Source: an uncultured Phycisphaerales bacterium
GTDB taxonomy: Bacteria; Planctomycetota; Phycisphaerae; Tepidisphaerales; Tepidisphaeraceae
Length of the DNA: 64,000 nt
Assembly: GCA_963758525.1 (NCBI GenBank)
Contig: CAVWVQ010000003.1
Span: 1,504,001-1,568,000, forward strand
Reading direction: 5' to 3'
In this document: positions 11,264-22,415 of the stretch, one piece after another
How the letters are laid out: every line of letters begins with the position of its first letter
Numbering within the stretch: position 1 is the stretch's first letter
Program-made: the position numbers and the translations under genes
The notes under the pieces: generated by a model
Databases searched by the model: none
What the model was told of the DNA's origin: nothing
Seen by the model: only the letters and a program-made list of their open reading frames with translations

Positions 11264-13978
11264 TTATTTCGCGCGCTCGCATGCGATGAGTTTCACCCTG
11301 TTGTCATCGTACCCTTCGATCCGACGAATCACGCTTATCACAGACGTAATCTCCGCGCCGATGGACTCAAGAGTGCCTGACGCGTCGATGGCTTCTTCTG
11401 CGCTGCTCACCGGCCGGACGAGAGGCGCAAAGCCATATCCGCCGCCGGCGCCCCCGAGCTGGTGGACGACGCGGCGGAGGGCAACCATATCGTTCTGCTG
11501 CAGCAAATCGGTCATTCTTCGAACGTCGTTGGGGAGACCGTCGACGAACTCAGCGATGAGCGACATCATCCCGGGAAAGTCGGCGAGATTGCTCTTGATC
11601 GTCGCGGCCGAGTCCACGATGGCGGTCGCTGCAGGAACTCGCGGGTGTTCTGTCGGCGGACGCTCTTTCAGGTATTTGCCAACGGTCTTCAGGAGGACGT
11701 CCCGGTCAATTGGCTTGCTGAGATAGTCGGTGCATCCGCTGTCCATGCATTTTTTTCGATCCTCGGCCATGGCATGCGCCGTCAGTGCGATGATTGGAGT
11801 CTTTGATCCGCGCTGCCGCAGTTCCGCAGCCGCACTGTACCCGTCCATGACCGGCATCTGCATGTCCATCAGAATCAGGTCAAACGAGCTCTTGGTGACC
11901 AGGTCCATGGCAATCTGCCCGTTATCCGCGACGATCACCTCCGCGCCGCACGCTCGCAGGTGCATGGAGAGCAGGCGCTGATTATCTCGCCCGTCCTCGG
12001 CAAGAAGGATTCGGCCGCGGAGCGGAACGCTCTGCCAGGCAGTGCTTGCCGCAGGTGGTGGTGACAGGACGGCCTCACTTAAATCCGCAAGCATTTCGAC
12101 TCCCGCAAAAGATCCGCCGTCGACGCGAAGCCTGAACGTGCTTCCGACGCCGAGCTCGGACTGGACTTCAATTTCTCCGCCCAACAGATGCGCCAACTGC
12201 CGGCTGATCGTCAGCCCCAGGCCCGTGCCTCCGAATTTTCGGGTGATGGATTCGTCAGCCTGGCTGAAGGGACGGAACAGCCGCGCGAGCTGGTCAGAGG
12301 TCATCCCGATTCCAGTGTCGCTCACCTCGGCGCACAACACATGACCAGGCGGGGGTCCTTCGGCACTGAGCGACAGCGTGATTTTGCCCTCCGAGGTGAA
12401 CTTGATCGCGTTGCCCAGCAGGTTCAGCAGAATTTGCTGCAGCCGCATCGGGTCTGTCAGGATGAACCGCGGGATCGGACTCTTGACGGTGATGACGAAA
12501 TCAAGTCCCTTTTCCACTGTGCGGGGGCGCACGACCGCGACCAGATCCGTCAGTAGTTTGGAGACTTCACAGGGAAGGCTCTCGAGGGCCATCTGGCCTT
12601 GCTCAATCTTGGACAAGTCGAGAATGCCGTTGATCAGTTCCAGCAGGTAAATGCCGTTTCTTCGGATGACCGCGACGCATTCGATGCGGCCCGCCTCGTT
12701 CTGGCCGGGCTGGAGGATCAAGTCTGCAAAGCCCATGATGGCGGTCATCGGCGTGCGAATTTCATGACTCATGTTCGCCAGGAATTCGCTCTTGGCTTTG
12801 TTCGCCGCCTCGGCCTGAGCCTTGGCCTTCTGGAGCTCCTTTTCAACGCGCCGCCGCTCGGTAATGTCTCGAATGTTGCATTGAATGACGTTGTGGCCGC
12901 CTTCGCGATAGACGTTGCTGACGAATTCCACGGGAATGCATTTGCCGTGCTTGTCCTGAAGCGGAAGATGTTCGTAGCGGATGCTGCCGCGCGCCTGCAG
13001 CTCTGCCATCGCGGCCTTGCTGGCGGCGGCGTCGTGGAAAACGCCGATCTCCCAAAGCTCCTTCCCCAGAAAATGCTCGACGGGGTACTGCAGCAGTTCG
13101 AGCATGAAGCGATTGACGTCCAGCACGCGGCCCGTCAGTGCGTCGAGAATAAGGATGCCGTCATGGGCGGCCTCGAACAACCGCCGATAGCGGACCTCTG
13201 AAACTTCCAGTCGCCGGGCGGTGCGCATGCGGTTTGTGACGGCGCGAAACGTGACCACCACACCGAGGATTTTCTCCGTGTCGTCTCGGATCGGCGTTGC
13301 GCTGTCGTCGATGGGGCGATGGCTGCCGTCACGCGCCAGCAGCGTTGTGAGCCCGGCAAGGCCGACAATCGGGCCCTCCCGAATGGCCCGCGCCACCGGC
13401 TCTTCCACCGGTTTGCGCAGGTGCTCGTCAACGATGTTGAACACTTCCCCCAGCGGCATGTTCATCGCCTCCCTCTGCGTCCATCCCGTGAGTTTCTCAG
13501 CGATCGGATTCATGAATGTCACATGCGCCTCGGCATCGGTGACGATCACGGCCTCGCCAACACTGGAGAGCGCCGTTTGAAACCGGAAGCGTTCTTCGAG
13601 GAGCCGGGCATCGGCATTTCGATCGCGGGTGACATCGTCGATGGCAAGCACGACAGCCCCGCTCCTGTTCCCATTGCTCGACAAGCGGCGGGCGCTGAGC
13701 TGCATCGTCCTGGGACCCAGCCGCGGAAAGTCATGCTGCACCTCGAACCCGTCGAATGCTTCGTCTCCCGGAGCCAGATCGTTCAGTCGCTTCAGCAGCG
13801 CGGGGGAATTCCATTGGCCGTTGCCCAGTTCTCCCAATTGACGGCCGATCGTCTCGGCCGGTCCGACATGGAACGCTTTGTAGAAAGCAGGACTGGCATT
13901 GACCACGCGCATGTCCATGTCGAAAACGAGAAGTTTTTCGTTCACGGCGTAGGTGATGTCTTGGTGCGATTCCTGCAT
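11264..13978 (-). CDS. Cytoplasmic hybrid histidine kinase PAS x3-HisKA-HATPase-REC-HPt
   Basis: Start placed at ATG 13978 (MQESH) behind a purine-rich RBS. '[13 protein letters not shown]'; HPt '[12 protein letters not shown]'. Confidence 0.9.
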   Translation of the reverse strand: MQESHQDITYAVNEKLLVFDMDMRVVNASPAFYKAFHVGPAETIGRQLGELGNGQWNSPALLKRLNDLAPGDEAFDGFEVQHDFPRLGPRTMQLSARRLSSNGNRSGAVVLAIDDVTRDRNADARLLEERFRFQTALSSVGEAVIVTDAEAHVTFMNPIAEKLTGWTQREAMNMPLGEVFNIVDEHLRKPVEEPVARAIREGPIVGLAGLTTLLARDGSHRPIDDSATPIRDDTEKILGVVVTFRAVTNRMRTARRLEVSEVRYRRLFEAAHDGILILDALTGRVLDVNRFMLELLQYPVEHFLGKELWEIGVFHDAAASKAAMAELQARGSIRYEHLPLQDKHGKCIPVEFVSNVYREGGHNVIQCNIRDITERRRVEKELQKAKAQAEAANKAKSEFLANMSHEIRTPMTAIMGFADLILQPGQNEAGRIECVAVIRRNGIYLLELINGILDLSKIEQGQMALESLPCEVSKLLTDLVAVVRPRTVEKGLDFVITVKSPIPRFILTDPMRLQQILLNLLGNAIKFTSEGKITLSLSAEGPPPGHVLCAEVSDTGIGMTSDQLARLFRPFSQADESITRKFGGTGLGLTISRQLAHLLGGEIEVQSELGVGSTFRLRVDGGSFAGVEMLADLSEAVLSPPPAASTAWQSVPLRGRILLAEDGRDNQRLLSMHLRACGAEVIVADNGQIAMDLVTKSSFDLILMDMQMPVMDGYSAAAELRQRGSKTPIIALTAHAMAEDRKKCMDSGCTDYLSKPIDRDVLLKTVGKYLKERPPTEHPRVPAATAIVDSAATIKSNLADFPGMMSLIAEFVDGLPNDVRRMTDLLQQNDMVALRRVVHQLGGAGGGYGFAPLVRPVSSAEEAIDASGTLESIGAEITSVISVIRRIEGYDDNRVKLIACERAK

Positions 13979-14012
13979 GGAGGTTCCCTTTGTGACGATC
14001 CCGGCCCTACCG

Positions 14013-14067
14013 AAAAAAAAACCGACGTGATCGACCCGCCATGGCGGGCATTCGATCACGTCGGTTT
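14013..14067 (-). terminator. Intrinsic terminator-like hairpin in the leader of the hybrid kinase
   Basis: Inverted arms aaaccgacgtgatcga / tcgatcacgtcggttt around an inner cccgcc-at-ggcggg hairpin, ending in a 9-nt U tract on the minus strand, ~35 nt before ATG 13978. Confidence 0.7.
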
Positions 14068-14648
14068 ACTCATCAACGGGCTTCTCGGCCGAGGCCGGGC
14101 CGCCCTTCACTCAGTCTTCCGACGATGAACTATTTTTTTTCGGGGTCAGTTCTGGATTCATACAGCGTATTCTAAACTGCCGGAAAAGGCAATATTTTAG
14201 TTCTCGCCATTCATAGGGCGTGTGCGAACTTCATCCGGAGACATTGATCGTCCGCGCACGAGATTGCAGATGGCGGGAATACGCCTTGTCTGCCTGACAA
14301 GGGACGACGGTCAACAACTTGCATTCTGAGCGGCGATAATCGGGCCACTGGGGCAATGGCGGTTGCGCGGTCATGTGGGAGGGCTTTGAATCACGATGAC
14401 CAATGCATCCGCCGGCAGCTGCGCCTCGGCCGCGAAATAGCCGCGCCCTCCCAGAGAAAACATTGAGGCGCTGATGGATCGATCGAATGGCTTCATCACG
14501 TGCCGTCGTGAGGCGAACTTCCCGGCGGCGCCCGCGAGTGAACGGTTGTAATGCCGGGCGCTGCGCTCTGACAGTAATATCGAAATACAGCAGCGCCGGC
14601 TGCATAGGTGCTTCCCCCCAGCAGAGATACAGGCTGACGAGCGCTGGG

Positions 14649-15269
14649 TCACACGCGAGCGGAGGCGGAGGCGGCAATCATCTTCATGCGCACAAGGCTC
14701 GCCACATTCACCGCGCGGGTCTTCGCCAGGACATGAGAGCGATGATTCTCAACTGTTTTTACGGCGATCCCCACCCTTGCGGCAATCTGCTTGCTCGACA
14801 GTCCGCCGGCCAGCAGCTCAACGAGCTCATTTTCCCGTTCGGTCAGCGTCAGAAAGCGGTCACGGATCTCTTCTACGATCGCGCGTGCGTCAAGTCGCAT
14901 TGCTTCCAGGCGCAATAGCTCGCGCACCCGGTTTACGAGCATCTGAACGTCAGCGGGCTTCTCGAAGAACTCCACGGCACCCAGTTTTATGCTCTCGACG
15001 ACCGCGGGAATGTCGCCATGTCCACTGAGCATGATCACCGGCATTTGGACATGCTGGGCTCTCAACCATTCAATGAGTTTCATCCCTTGCATCCCGGGCA
15101 TTCGCAAATCCAGGATGAGGCACGCGGTAGCGAGTGAACAGTAATCCAAAATGAAATCTTCAGCAGAGCAATAGGTGGAAACACCTATCCCGGCGGAGCG
15201 AAAGCCGCTTCGCACCGACTCCAAAAGGGCTTTATCGTCATCGACCATGTAAACTGTTGTATCGTTCAT
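14649..15269 (-). CDS. FixJ-like response regulator (REC + LuxR HTH)
   Basis: 'VYMVDDD...LILDLRMPGMQG...SGHGDIP...LTERE...SSKQIA...KTVENHR'. Confidence 0.93.
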   Translation of the reverse strand: MNDTTVYMVDDDKALLESVRSGFRSAGIGVSTYCSAEDFILDYCSLATACLILDLRMPGMQGMKLIEWLRAQHVQMPVIMLSGHGDIPAVVESIKLGAVEFFEKPADVQMLVNRVRELLRLEAMRLDARAIVEEIRDRFLTLTERENELVELLAGGLSSKQIAARVGIAVKTVENHRSHVLAKTRAVNVASLVRMKMIAASASARV

Positions 15270-15860
15270 TCCGCTAATCCCTCCCCCGTCGAATAAGTTT
15301 GAATTGTATGCAGACGTGAACCTATTCTATAATGTATGGAAGTTAAAAGCTCCATAAAAATGATTTTATTTATCGCAACTGCCTTTACATTCATAAGACT
15401 CGGCTGGCTCCCCAGTTGAAGGCGGCGAGAGACGTTGCCGTCGCGACAATTCGTGCCGGCGTGATAATCCGTTGTTGAAGCAATGCATTCCTTTTAGTAG
15501 AATCGTGCTTCGTCAGTTCGTAAGGGTGCCTTGGATCGCCAGCAAAATTTTCGTCGGATGGCTAACTGAACGGCATCTCGGCTGCGGCCGGGCGGCCGGT
15601 TTGATAAGTAAGCCGACGCGGACAAACGCCTCAGGGTGTTTTTCCGCGTCGGCTTTTTTTTGTCGAAGCGAAACCGTCAGCGCGATGGCTGCAGTCTTGT
15701 TGCGCTGGTCACTCAAAGAGGGAGAGCACTTTCCGACGTTGAAGGAAGCCATCGTGCGGATGAGCGCGTAGACCGCTATAATCTTGCGGTCACATTTTGT
15801 AGACTATGTTTGATTCAATCCGGTGCAGACTCGGGGGAAAGGCGGGCGTCTCTGAAACCA

Positions 15861-18215
15861 ATGACCCATTTCCAAGAAGAGCAGCACATGGGCCGGGGTT
15901 CCATCGTGCCTCTGAAAGCGGTTGGGATGGTGCTGCAGCCAAAGCGTCATTCACGAAAGCGCCAGCGATCGATCAAGCTGACCGCCGGTGACCCTGCGCT
16001 ACTGAAAATCAATCAGGTCCAGCGCGAGCGCGATGAACTGTGCAACCGCCTGCAACTCCAGTTCGAGCGCATGCCCGTTGCGTGCATTATTTCGGACCCG
16101 AAAATGCGCATTATCGACTGGAACCCGGCGGCAGTGCGCATGTTCGGCTATGAGCGCGACGAAGTCCTGGACAAGGACGTGCTGCTGGTCGCCCCCGCCA
16201 GCCGTGCGTTCACGCAGGAGATCAACCACCGCCTCGCGCAGGGAGACATGAGTGCCCATGCGGTTGGTGAAAACGTCACCAAGGATGGTCGCACGATCAT
16301 TTGTGACTGGTGCAACACCCCGCTTCGCAACGCCGCTGGCGAAGTCATCGCCATCCTCGCCATGGCGCAGGATGTCACCGAGCGCCATCTGAGCGAGGAA
16401 AGATTGAAGCGAAGTGAGTCGCTGCTGGCCGACGCGCAGGAGATCGCGCACCTCGGCAGCTGGAGCTGGAACATTCGCAGCGGGCGGCTGACGTGGTCCG
16501 ATGAGCTGTATCGCCTGTTCGGGCTCCAGCGGGGCGCCTCGCCGCCGACGCATGAGGATTTTCTCGCCGCGCTGCATCCGGATGACCGCGCCCGGATGAC
16601 GGAGCTGATAGACGCCGCCTGCCGCGGGACCGCCACCTATGACTGCGAGTTCCGCATTATTCGTTCCGACGGCCAACTTCGCGTGATTTATTCACGCGGG
16701 AAAGTGATCCGCAACAAAGCTGGCGAAGCGACCGAGATGATCGGCACCGGCCAGGACATCACTGAACGCACGGACGGGGAAGTGAAGCTCAGACGGAGCG
16801 AGGCGATGCTCGCTGAAGCCCAGCGCGTTGCCCACCTCGGCAACTGGAGCCGGGACCTTCGCAGCGGGGAATTGATCTGGTCGGACGAATGCTACCGCAT
16901 CTTCGGATTGCGGCCGCAAGAGTTTCCCATGACCTTTGAGTTGTTCCTCGGCCTCCTTCACCCCGAGGACCATGGGCGGGTGCGGACAATCGTCGATCGG
17001 GCCGTGCGTGAGCGTCAATCCTTCGAGTTCCACGCGCGTGTGCCGCTTCCCGATGGAGCGGTGCGGGATGTGTACGTCCGGGGTCTGGTTGCGTCAGACG
17101 AGACCACGGGTCCGGTCCGAACTTTCGGCATCGTTCAAGACCTCACGGAACGCAAGCGAGCCGAAGAAGCGCTGCTGCGGAGCGAGCGGCGGCTGCAACT
17201 GGCCGCCGATTTGGTCGGCCTGTGCCACTACGAGTGGGACATGGCCAAAGGGCAGCCGATCTGGGGTGCGCGTCTGAAACAGATGTGGGGTCTGCCGCCC
17301 GATGGGTATGTCGATCGCGAGATTCTCTTGTCGGCCATCCACCCCGACGACCGCCCCGTCGTCGCGGCGGCACACGAGCGGGCATTCGATCCGAACGGCG
17401 ACGGACAATACGCCGCAGAATACCGTGTCATCGGAATCCAGGACGGCGTGGAGCGATGGATGACGGCGCGCGGCTGTACGTTCTTCGAGAATGGTAAAGC
17501 CGTCGAGTACCTGGGGACCGTCATGGAGATTACCGAGCGCAAACGGCTGGAGAGGGAGATCCTCGAGATCAGCGAGAGGGAGCGGCTGCGGATCGGCCAG
17601 GACCTGCACGACGACCTGTGCCAGCAACTCACCGGCATCGCGTTCACCAGCCGGCTTTTGCAGCAGCGGCTGGCGACGCAGTCGCCGGTTGATGCCGCGG
17701 TTGCGGGGGAAATTATGCAGGCCGTGCAGCACGCAACCGCCCGGGCGCGCGATCTGGCCAGAGGACTTCATCCCGTGCGATTGGAAACTGACGGGCTTGA
17801 CGCGGCGTTGCGCGAGCTCGCCACAAAGATCGAGTCAGTCTTTCGCGTCAGTTGTCGTTTTCGCCACCGTCCGGGTGGCAATACGGCGCCGATCCTGGAC
17901 TCGGCCATCACTATTCAGCTCTACCGCATCGCTCAGGAGGCTGCAACCAACGCGGTCAAGCATGGCGAAGCGAAGCACATCTCCGTCACGTTGGGCACCG
18001 TCAAGGGAAGGATGGAGTTGTCCATTAGCGACGACGGGGTGGGCATTGGAATCGCGCCCAAGTGCCAGGGGATGGGTCTGCAAATCATGCATCAGCGCGC
18101 CTGCGCCATCGGGGCAACGTTGAGCATCACGCGAAGGCGGCAGGGAGGCACTCTCGCGACCTGCTCGCTCGGACACATTTCGCCCGCCCCGACCAACCGG
18201 AGAGTCAAGCGCTGA
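15861..18215 (+). CDS. Multi-PAS sensor histidine kinase (HisKA_3/NarX type)
   Basis: Four PAS/PAC units; 'ERLRIGQDLHDDLCQQL'; 'LYRIAQEAATNAVKH'. Start uncertain (15861 or 15888; the ORF is open from 15636). Confidence 0.9.
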   Translation: MTHFQEEQHMGRGSIVPLKAVGMVLQPKRHSRKRQRSIKLTAGDPALLKINQVQRERDELCNRLQLQFERMPVACIISDPKMRIIDWNPAAVRMFGYERDEVLDKDVLLVAPASRAFTQEINHRLAQGDMSAHAVGENVTKDGRTIICDWCNTPLRNAAGEVIAILAMAQDVTERHLSEERLKRSESLLADAQEIAHLGSWSWNIRSGRLTWSDELYRLFGLQRGASPPTHEDFLAALHPDDRARMTELIDAACRGTATYDCEFRIIRSDGQLRVIYSRGKVIRNKAGEATEMIGTGQDITERTDGEVKLRRSEAMLAEAQRVAHLGNWSRDLRSGELIWSDECYRIFGLRPQEFPMTFELFLGLLHPEDHGRVRTIVDRAVRERQSFEFHARVPLPDGAVRDVYVRGLVASDETTGPVRTFGIVQDLTERKRAEEALLRSERRLQLAADLVGLCHYEWDMAKGQPIWGARLKQMWGLPPDGYVDREILLSAIHPDDRPVVAAAHERAFDPNGDGQYAAEYRVIGIQDGVERWMTARGCTFFENGKAVEYLGTVMEITERKRLEREILEISERERLRIGQDLHDDLCQQLTGIAFTSRLLQQRLATQSPVDAAVAGEIMQAVQHATARARDLARGLHPVRLETDGLDAALRELATKIESVFRVSCRFRHRPGGNTAPILDSAITIQLYRIAQEAATNAVKHGEAKHISVTLGTVKGRMELSISDDGVGIGIAPKCQGMGLQIMHQRACAIGATLSITRRRQGGTLATCSLGHISPAPTNRRVKR

Positions 18216-18223
18216 GAATTGGT

Positions 18224-18887
18224 ATGCACCCAGCGAAGAAAAATGAAAAAACGCGTGTGCTGCTTGTCGACGATCACCCGATGATCCGCCGCGGCCTCTC
18301 CGGGCTGATCAACGAGGAGCCGGACACCATCGTCTGCGGGGAAACCGGCAGCGCCCGGGAGTGCCTCGAATCGATCGCCCTCACGAAGCCAGGCATCGCG
18401 ATCGTTGACATCTCGCTCAAGGACGAGGATGGGCTTGAGCTGATCAAGGAGATCCGCCGCCGCTATCCCCGCCTCTGCGTACTTGTCCTCTCGATGCACG
18501 ACGAAATCGTTTATGCAGAACGCGCCCTGCGCGGGAGCGAGTGGTTACGTGATGAAGGCGGAGGCCGCCGAAAAGGTGAACGCGGCGATCCGAAAGGTGT
18601 TGTCAGGCGGCATCTATATCAGCGAGAGCGTCGCCGACCGGCTGCTGCACCAGATAGGCCCCCACCGTCCCAGCCCGGACTTCTCCATCGAACAACTCAC
18701 TAATCGCGAGCTGCAAATTCTCCGGCTGTTGGGCAACGGTGTGAAAGCGCGGGAAATCGCCGCTCAGCTCTACCTCAGCATCAAGACCATCGAAAGCCAC
18801 CGCCAGAACATCAAACGGAAGCTCGGGCTGAAGAGCAGCGGGGAATTGCTGCGTTACGCGATCCAATTTTCCCGCAAGGATCAGTGA
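18224..18887 (+). CDS. NarL/LuxR-family response regulator (frameshift near 18530)
   Basis: 'VLLVDDHPMIRRGL...VLSMHDE..YAERALR' continues in another frame as 'AGASGYVMK...LTNRELQIL...KTIESHR'. Restoring 2 nt in a CG run joins them. Confidence 0.88.
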
Positions 18888-19087
18888 GAATTCGCGGGGC
18901 GGCGTAGGACGTTTGTCCTACTCCAAAATCATACTCGATGCGGATTGATACGTCTGGACGAGTTTCGATGATTGTCGATGAGGCTGCGTTGACATCTTTG
19001 GGACAGAGAAATCGATACGGACAAGCATGCATCGAACAGTCACAAAGCATTTTTCGATGTAATGGCCCATGCGGAGACAAACATTCG

Positions 19088-19486
19088 ATGAAGACTCAAG
19101 GGGAAATTGAGGCCGCTATTTCGGAAGGAATGAGCCAGTTCGAACGAGAGTACATGGGGCGGGGTCCCCAGGACGTTCGCGCATATCTCATCGACGATTT
19201 GATCGTCGTTCGTCTTGAAGGCGTGTTGACGGCAGCCGAGCAGCATCTGGTCAAGCAACTCGCCGCGCAGAAGGGGCGGACCCTGCTCAAGCAGGTGCGC
19301 AAGCATCTGATCGAGACGGCGCGGCCGAGCATGGAGGCGATGGTGGAGGCGATCGCCGGGGTTAAGGTCGTGAGCCTGCATCACGACATCAGCACCGTCA
19401 CCGGCGAGGAACTCGTGCTCTTCACACTGGCAAAATCACCGTCCCTCCGTGCGACGAACAAACGTCATCGATTGCCGGACGCCTAA
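19088..19486 (+). CDS. DUF2294 (MpsC-like) family protein
   Basis: 'MKTQGEIEAAI...FEREYMGRGP...GVLTAAE...VVSLHHDISTVTGE'; GGAG upstream. Confidence 0.85.
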   Translation: MKTQGEIEAAISEGMSQFEREYMGRGPQDVRAYLIDDLIVVRLEGVLTAAEQHLVKQLAAQKGRTLLKQVRKHLIETARPSMEAMVEAIAGVKVVSLHHDISTVTGEELVLFTLAKSPSLRATNKRHRLPDA

Positions 19487-19725
19487 GCACGCCTCAGCAG
19501 CGTTTCAAACATCCCGAATCTAAACGAGCACCAGGCGCCGTCGGGCAGCACATCTGGGTGCTAACCCCCATCTATCCCGTTGACGCTGTGGACGATCAAT
19601 ACAGGCGGCACGACCGATCCATCTTCTTCAGCGTGAAGCGCGGGATCAACGGCTCGAACCAGCCGCGGGTTGTTGGCGATCGGTTCAGCGATGCCATACC
19701 TGAAGCGTCGTTATCGGGAGATGCG

Positions 19726-21814
19726 ATGAAGCGTAGCTTGACGAAATGGGCCTTTACCGTTGGCGCGTTCTCGGCACCCGTCGCACTCTTCGCCCAACCG
19801 CCGGCCCCGCCCCCGGCGATCACCCAGCCATCGACTGCAGTCTTGCAGTCTCCCGGCGCGCCGTCTCCATCGACGCAACCTGCAACGCGCCCCGCGATCA
19901 CGGAACACGTTCAAAATGGACGCACGAATCTCTCGCACCCCGGCAGCAACGAACTGGCGGATCTCAGCTTGGACGACCTGATGAACGTGGAAGTGACCAG
20001 CGTCTCCAAACAACCTCAGAGAATCGCAGATGCACCGGCCAGCGTCACGGTGATCGGGCAGAACGATATTCAGCGATCGGGGCTCAACAGCATTCCTGAA
20101 CTGCTGCGCCTCGCTCCGGGGATGGACGTTGCGCGGGTCAATGCCAACACATGGGCGATCTCCGCGCGCGGGTTCAACAACGAGCTGGCCGACGACCAGC
20201 TCGTGCTGATGGACGGCCGGTCCATCTACACGCCTGCATTCGGCGGCGTGTTTTGGAACACGATCGACTATCCGCTGGACGACCTGGATCGAATCGAAGT
20301 CATTCGTGGGCCGGGGGCGACGCTATGGGGTTCCAACGCCGTCAACGGTGTCGTGAACATCATCACCAAGCCGGCGGACCGCACCCAGGGATATTCGCTG
20401 CAGTCCCGCATCGGCACCGACGAATCAGATGCCTCGGCACGGTACGGCGGGCAGATCGATGATCTCACGTTCTTTCGCGTCTATGCCAAATACGGATATA
20501 CCGGTTCGCAAACCGCTGTCGACGGCGACCCCGGCCACGACCAATATTCGACGCTGCATAGCGGCTTCCGCATCGACCGCTACACCTCGCCCACCGACAC
20601 CCTGACGCTCCAGGGTGATGTCAATGAACAGCAAATCCAGGACACCTACCTGGGAATTCTCGGCGGCGATTCGCAGGGAGACTCTTACGGCCACGGCGGA
20701 AACATCCTGGCGCGGTGGACGCACACTCCCTCAGAACAGGAAAGCACGTCGCTGCAGATGTATTACACTCGCCAGGATGAGATTCTGACGCCTTCGGGAT
20801 TTAACGAAGCAGACTACAGCCTGGAGTTCCAAAACCGTTTTCCCCTCGGCGACCGGCAGGAGATCACCTGGGGGACGGGCGCGAGGGAAAGCCAGATCAG
20901 TTGGGATGCGGTAGCGCCGGCAGACTTCGAGCCGAAATCGCGCTCGCTCTATTTAATCAACGGCTTCATCCAGGATCAGGTGAGCCTCGTCCCCGACCGG
21001 CTTCAATGGTCGGTGGGAACCAAGTTGGAATACAACAACCTGACGCAATTCGAGTTTGATCCGAGCGTGCGGCTCGCATGGACTCCGGACAAACAAAATA
21101 CGGTTTGGGGGGCCATATCGCGTTCGACCCGTATTCCCTCCCTTTATCAGGATTCTCGAGATACCTTCGGCATCCTCACTATCAATCCGGAAAATCCGTC
21201 TTCGGAAAAGACGATCTCCTATGAGTTGGGCTACAAGGTGCAGCCGAGCAAAACCGTTACCCTGGATGCGACGGGATTCTTCAACACCTACGACGGGCTC
21301 ATTCTGGCCGTCCCGTCGGCAGCATCGCCGCTGCGGGAATCCTGGACCAACGCCGCAACCGCGGAGCGCCGGCGCCGAATTGGCGGCAAGCTGGCAGGCC
21401 ACGCCGCAGTGGAAGCTGGCGGGGAGTTATTCGCTTCTGAAAGTCACTGCCGAAAGGGCAACTGCGCGTATCCCAAATTCTGCGATCGAGACGATCGAGG
21501 GCAATAGTCCTGAAAATCAATTCCAGATCCACTCGTATTACGACCTGACCCGATCGCTGCAACTCAATGGATCCGCCTATTACACGCAGGGCCTGCCCAG
21601 AATCAAGGGCGACGCGTTCAGAAGTCAGAACGTTGGGTCATACGTTCGGTTGGATCTCGGAATGACCTGGAAACCGCGGGACAACGTGTCGTTCTCCGTC
21701 GGCGTGCAAAATCTGCTGCAAAATCGCCACGCGGAAAGTGGAAACCTGGGCATCAGCTTGGTTCCCAGCGAGGTGCCGCGCTCGGCATACGCGCAATTCC
21801 AATTGACATTCTGA
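19726..21814 (+). CDS. TonB-dependent receptor (plug + beta-barrel), frameshift near 21366
   Basis: Signal peptide; 'LSLDDLMNVEVTSVSK...APASVTVI...ISARGF...IEVIRGPGATLWGSNAVNGVVNIITK'; second frame ends 'PRSAYAQFQLTF' with the terminal Phe of outer-membrane barrels. Confidence 0.9.
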
Positions 21815-21869
21815 TCGCACGGAGCCAGCGCGGTCGGATCGGCAGCCTCAATTTTCGGCGGGATGCAGA

Positions 21870-22415
21870 GTGAGTAAGTCCAAAGCGAACATGATCGCAG
21901 TCCGTTGGGTTTTCGTGTTCGCGGCGATCGTTGCGCCGCGCCCGGCCCATGCACTTCCTGAACCGGAGATCAAGGCGGCATTCATTTACCGCTTCACACA
22001 ATTTGTGACATGGCCGGATGATGCGTTCGCCGGAAGCGACGCGCCCTTCGTCATCGCGACGGCTGGCGATGATTCATTGTCGGCATCGCTCAAGCGTGTC
22101 ATGGCCGGGAGGGTCGTGAACGGTCATCCGATCGTCGTGACTCATTTTGCCTCGGTCGATCGGATCGACCATTGCCATGTCCTGTTTGTGCCGGCGTCCC
22201 AACAGGGCACGGTGCCCGCCATTCTCGCCAAGGTTGGGAGCGCGCCGGTGCTGACCGTCGGCGACGGCGATGCCTTCATGAGCCAGGGCGGCGCGATTCG
22301 ACTGTTTGTGGAAGACGGCCGGATGCGGTTCGAGCTGAACCCCGACGTCGTGACAGCAGCGCGGCTGAAGCCCGGCGCGCAGCTGATGAAAGTCGGGCGG
22401 GTTTATCAGAAATGA
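21870..22415 (+). CDS. YfiR family periplasmic protein (DUF4154)
   Basis: 'IKAAFIYRFTQFVTWP...CHVLFV...VLTVGD...F...GGAI...MRFELN...L..GAQLMK'. Start could be 21891. Confidence 0.9.
   Translation: MSKSKANMIAVRWVFVFAAIVAPRPAHALPEPEIKAAFIYRFTQFVTWPDDAFAGSDAPFVIATAGDDSLSASLKRVMAGRVVNGHPIVVTHFASVDRIDHCHVLFVPASQQGTVPAILAKVGSAPVLTVGDGDAFMSQGGAIRLFVEDGRMRFELNPDVVTAARLKPGAQLMKVGRVYQK

Noticed and set aside
14231..14677. 148-aa ORF downstream of the FixJ-like gene
   Set aside because: No motifs, atypical composition and no clear RBS; treated as intergenic.
15270..15640. FNR/FixK box in the AT-rich divergent promoter
   Set aside because: I saw no convincing TTGAT-N4-ATCAA match.
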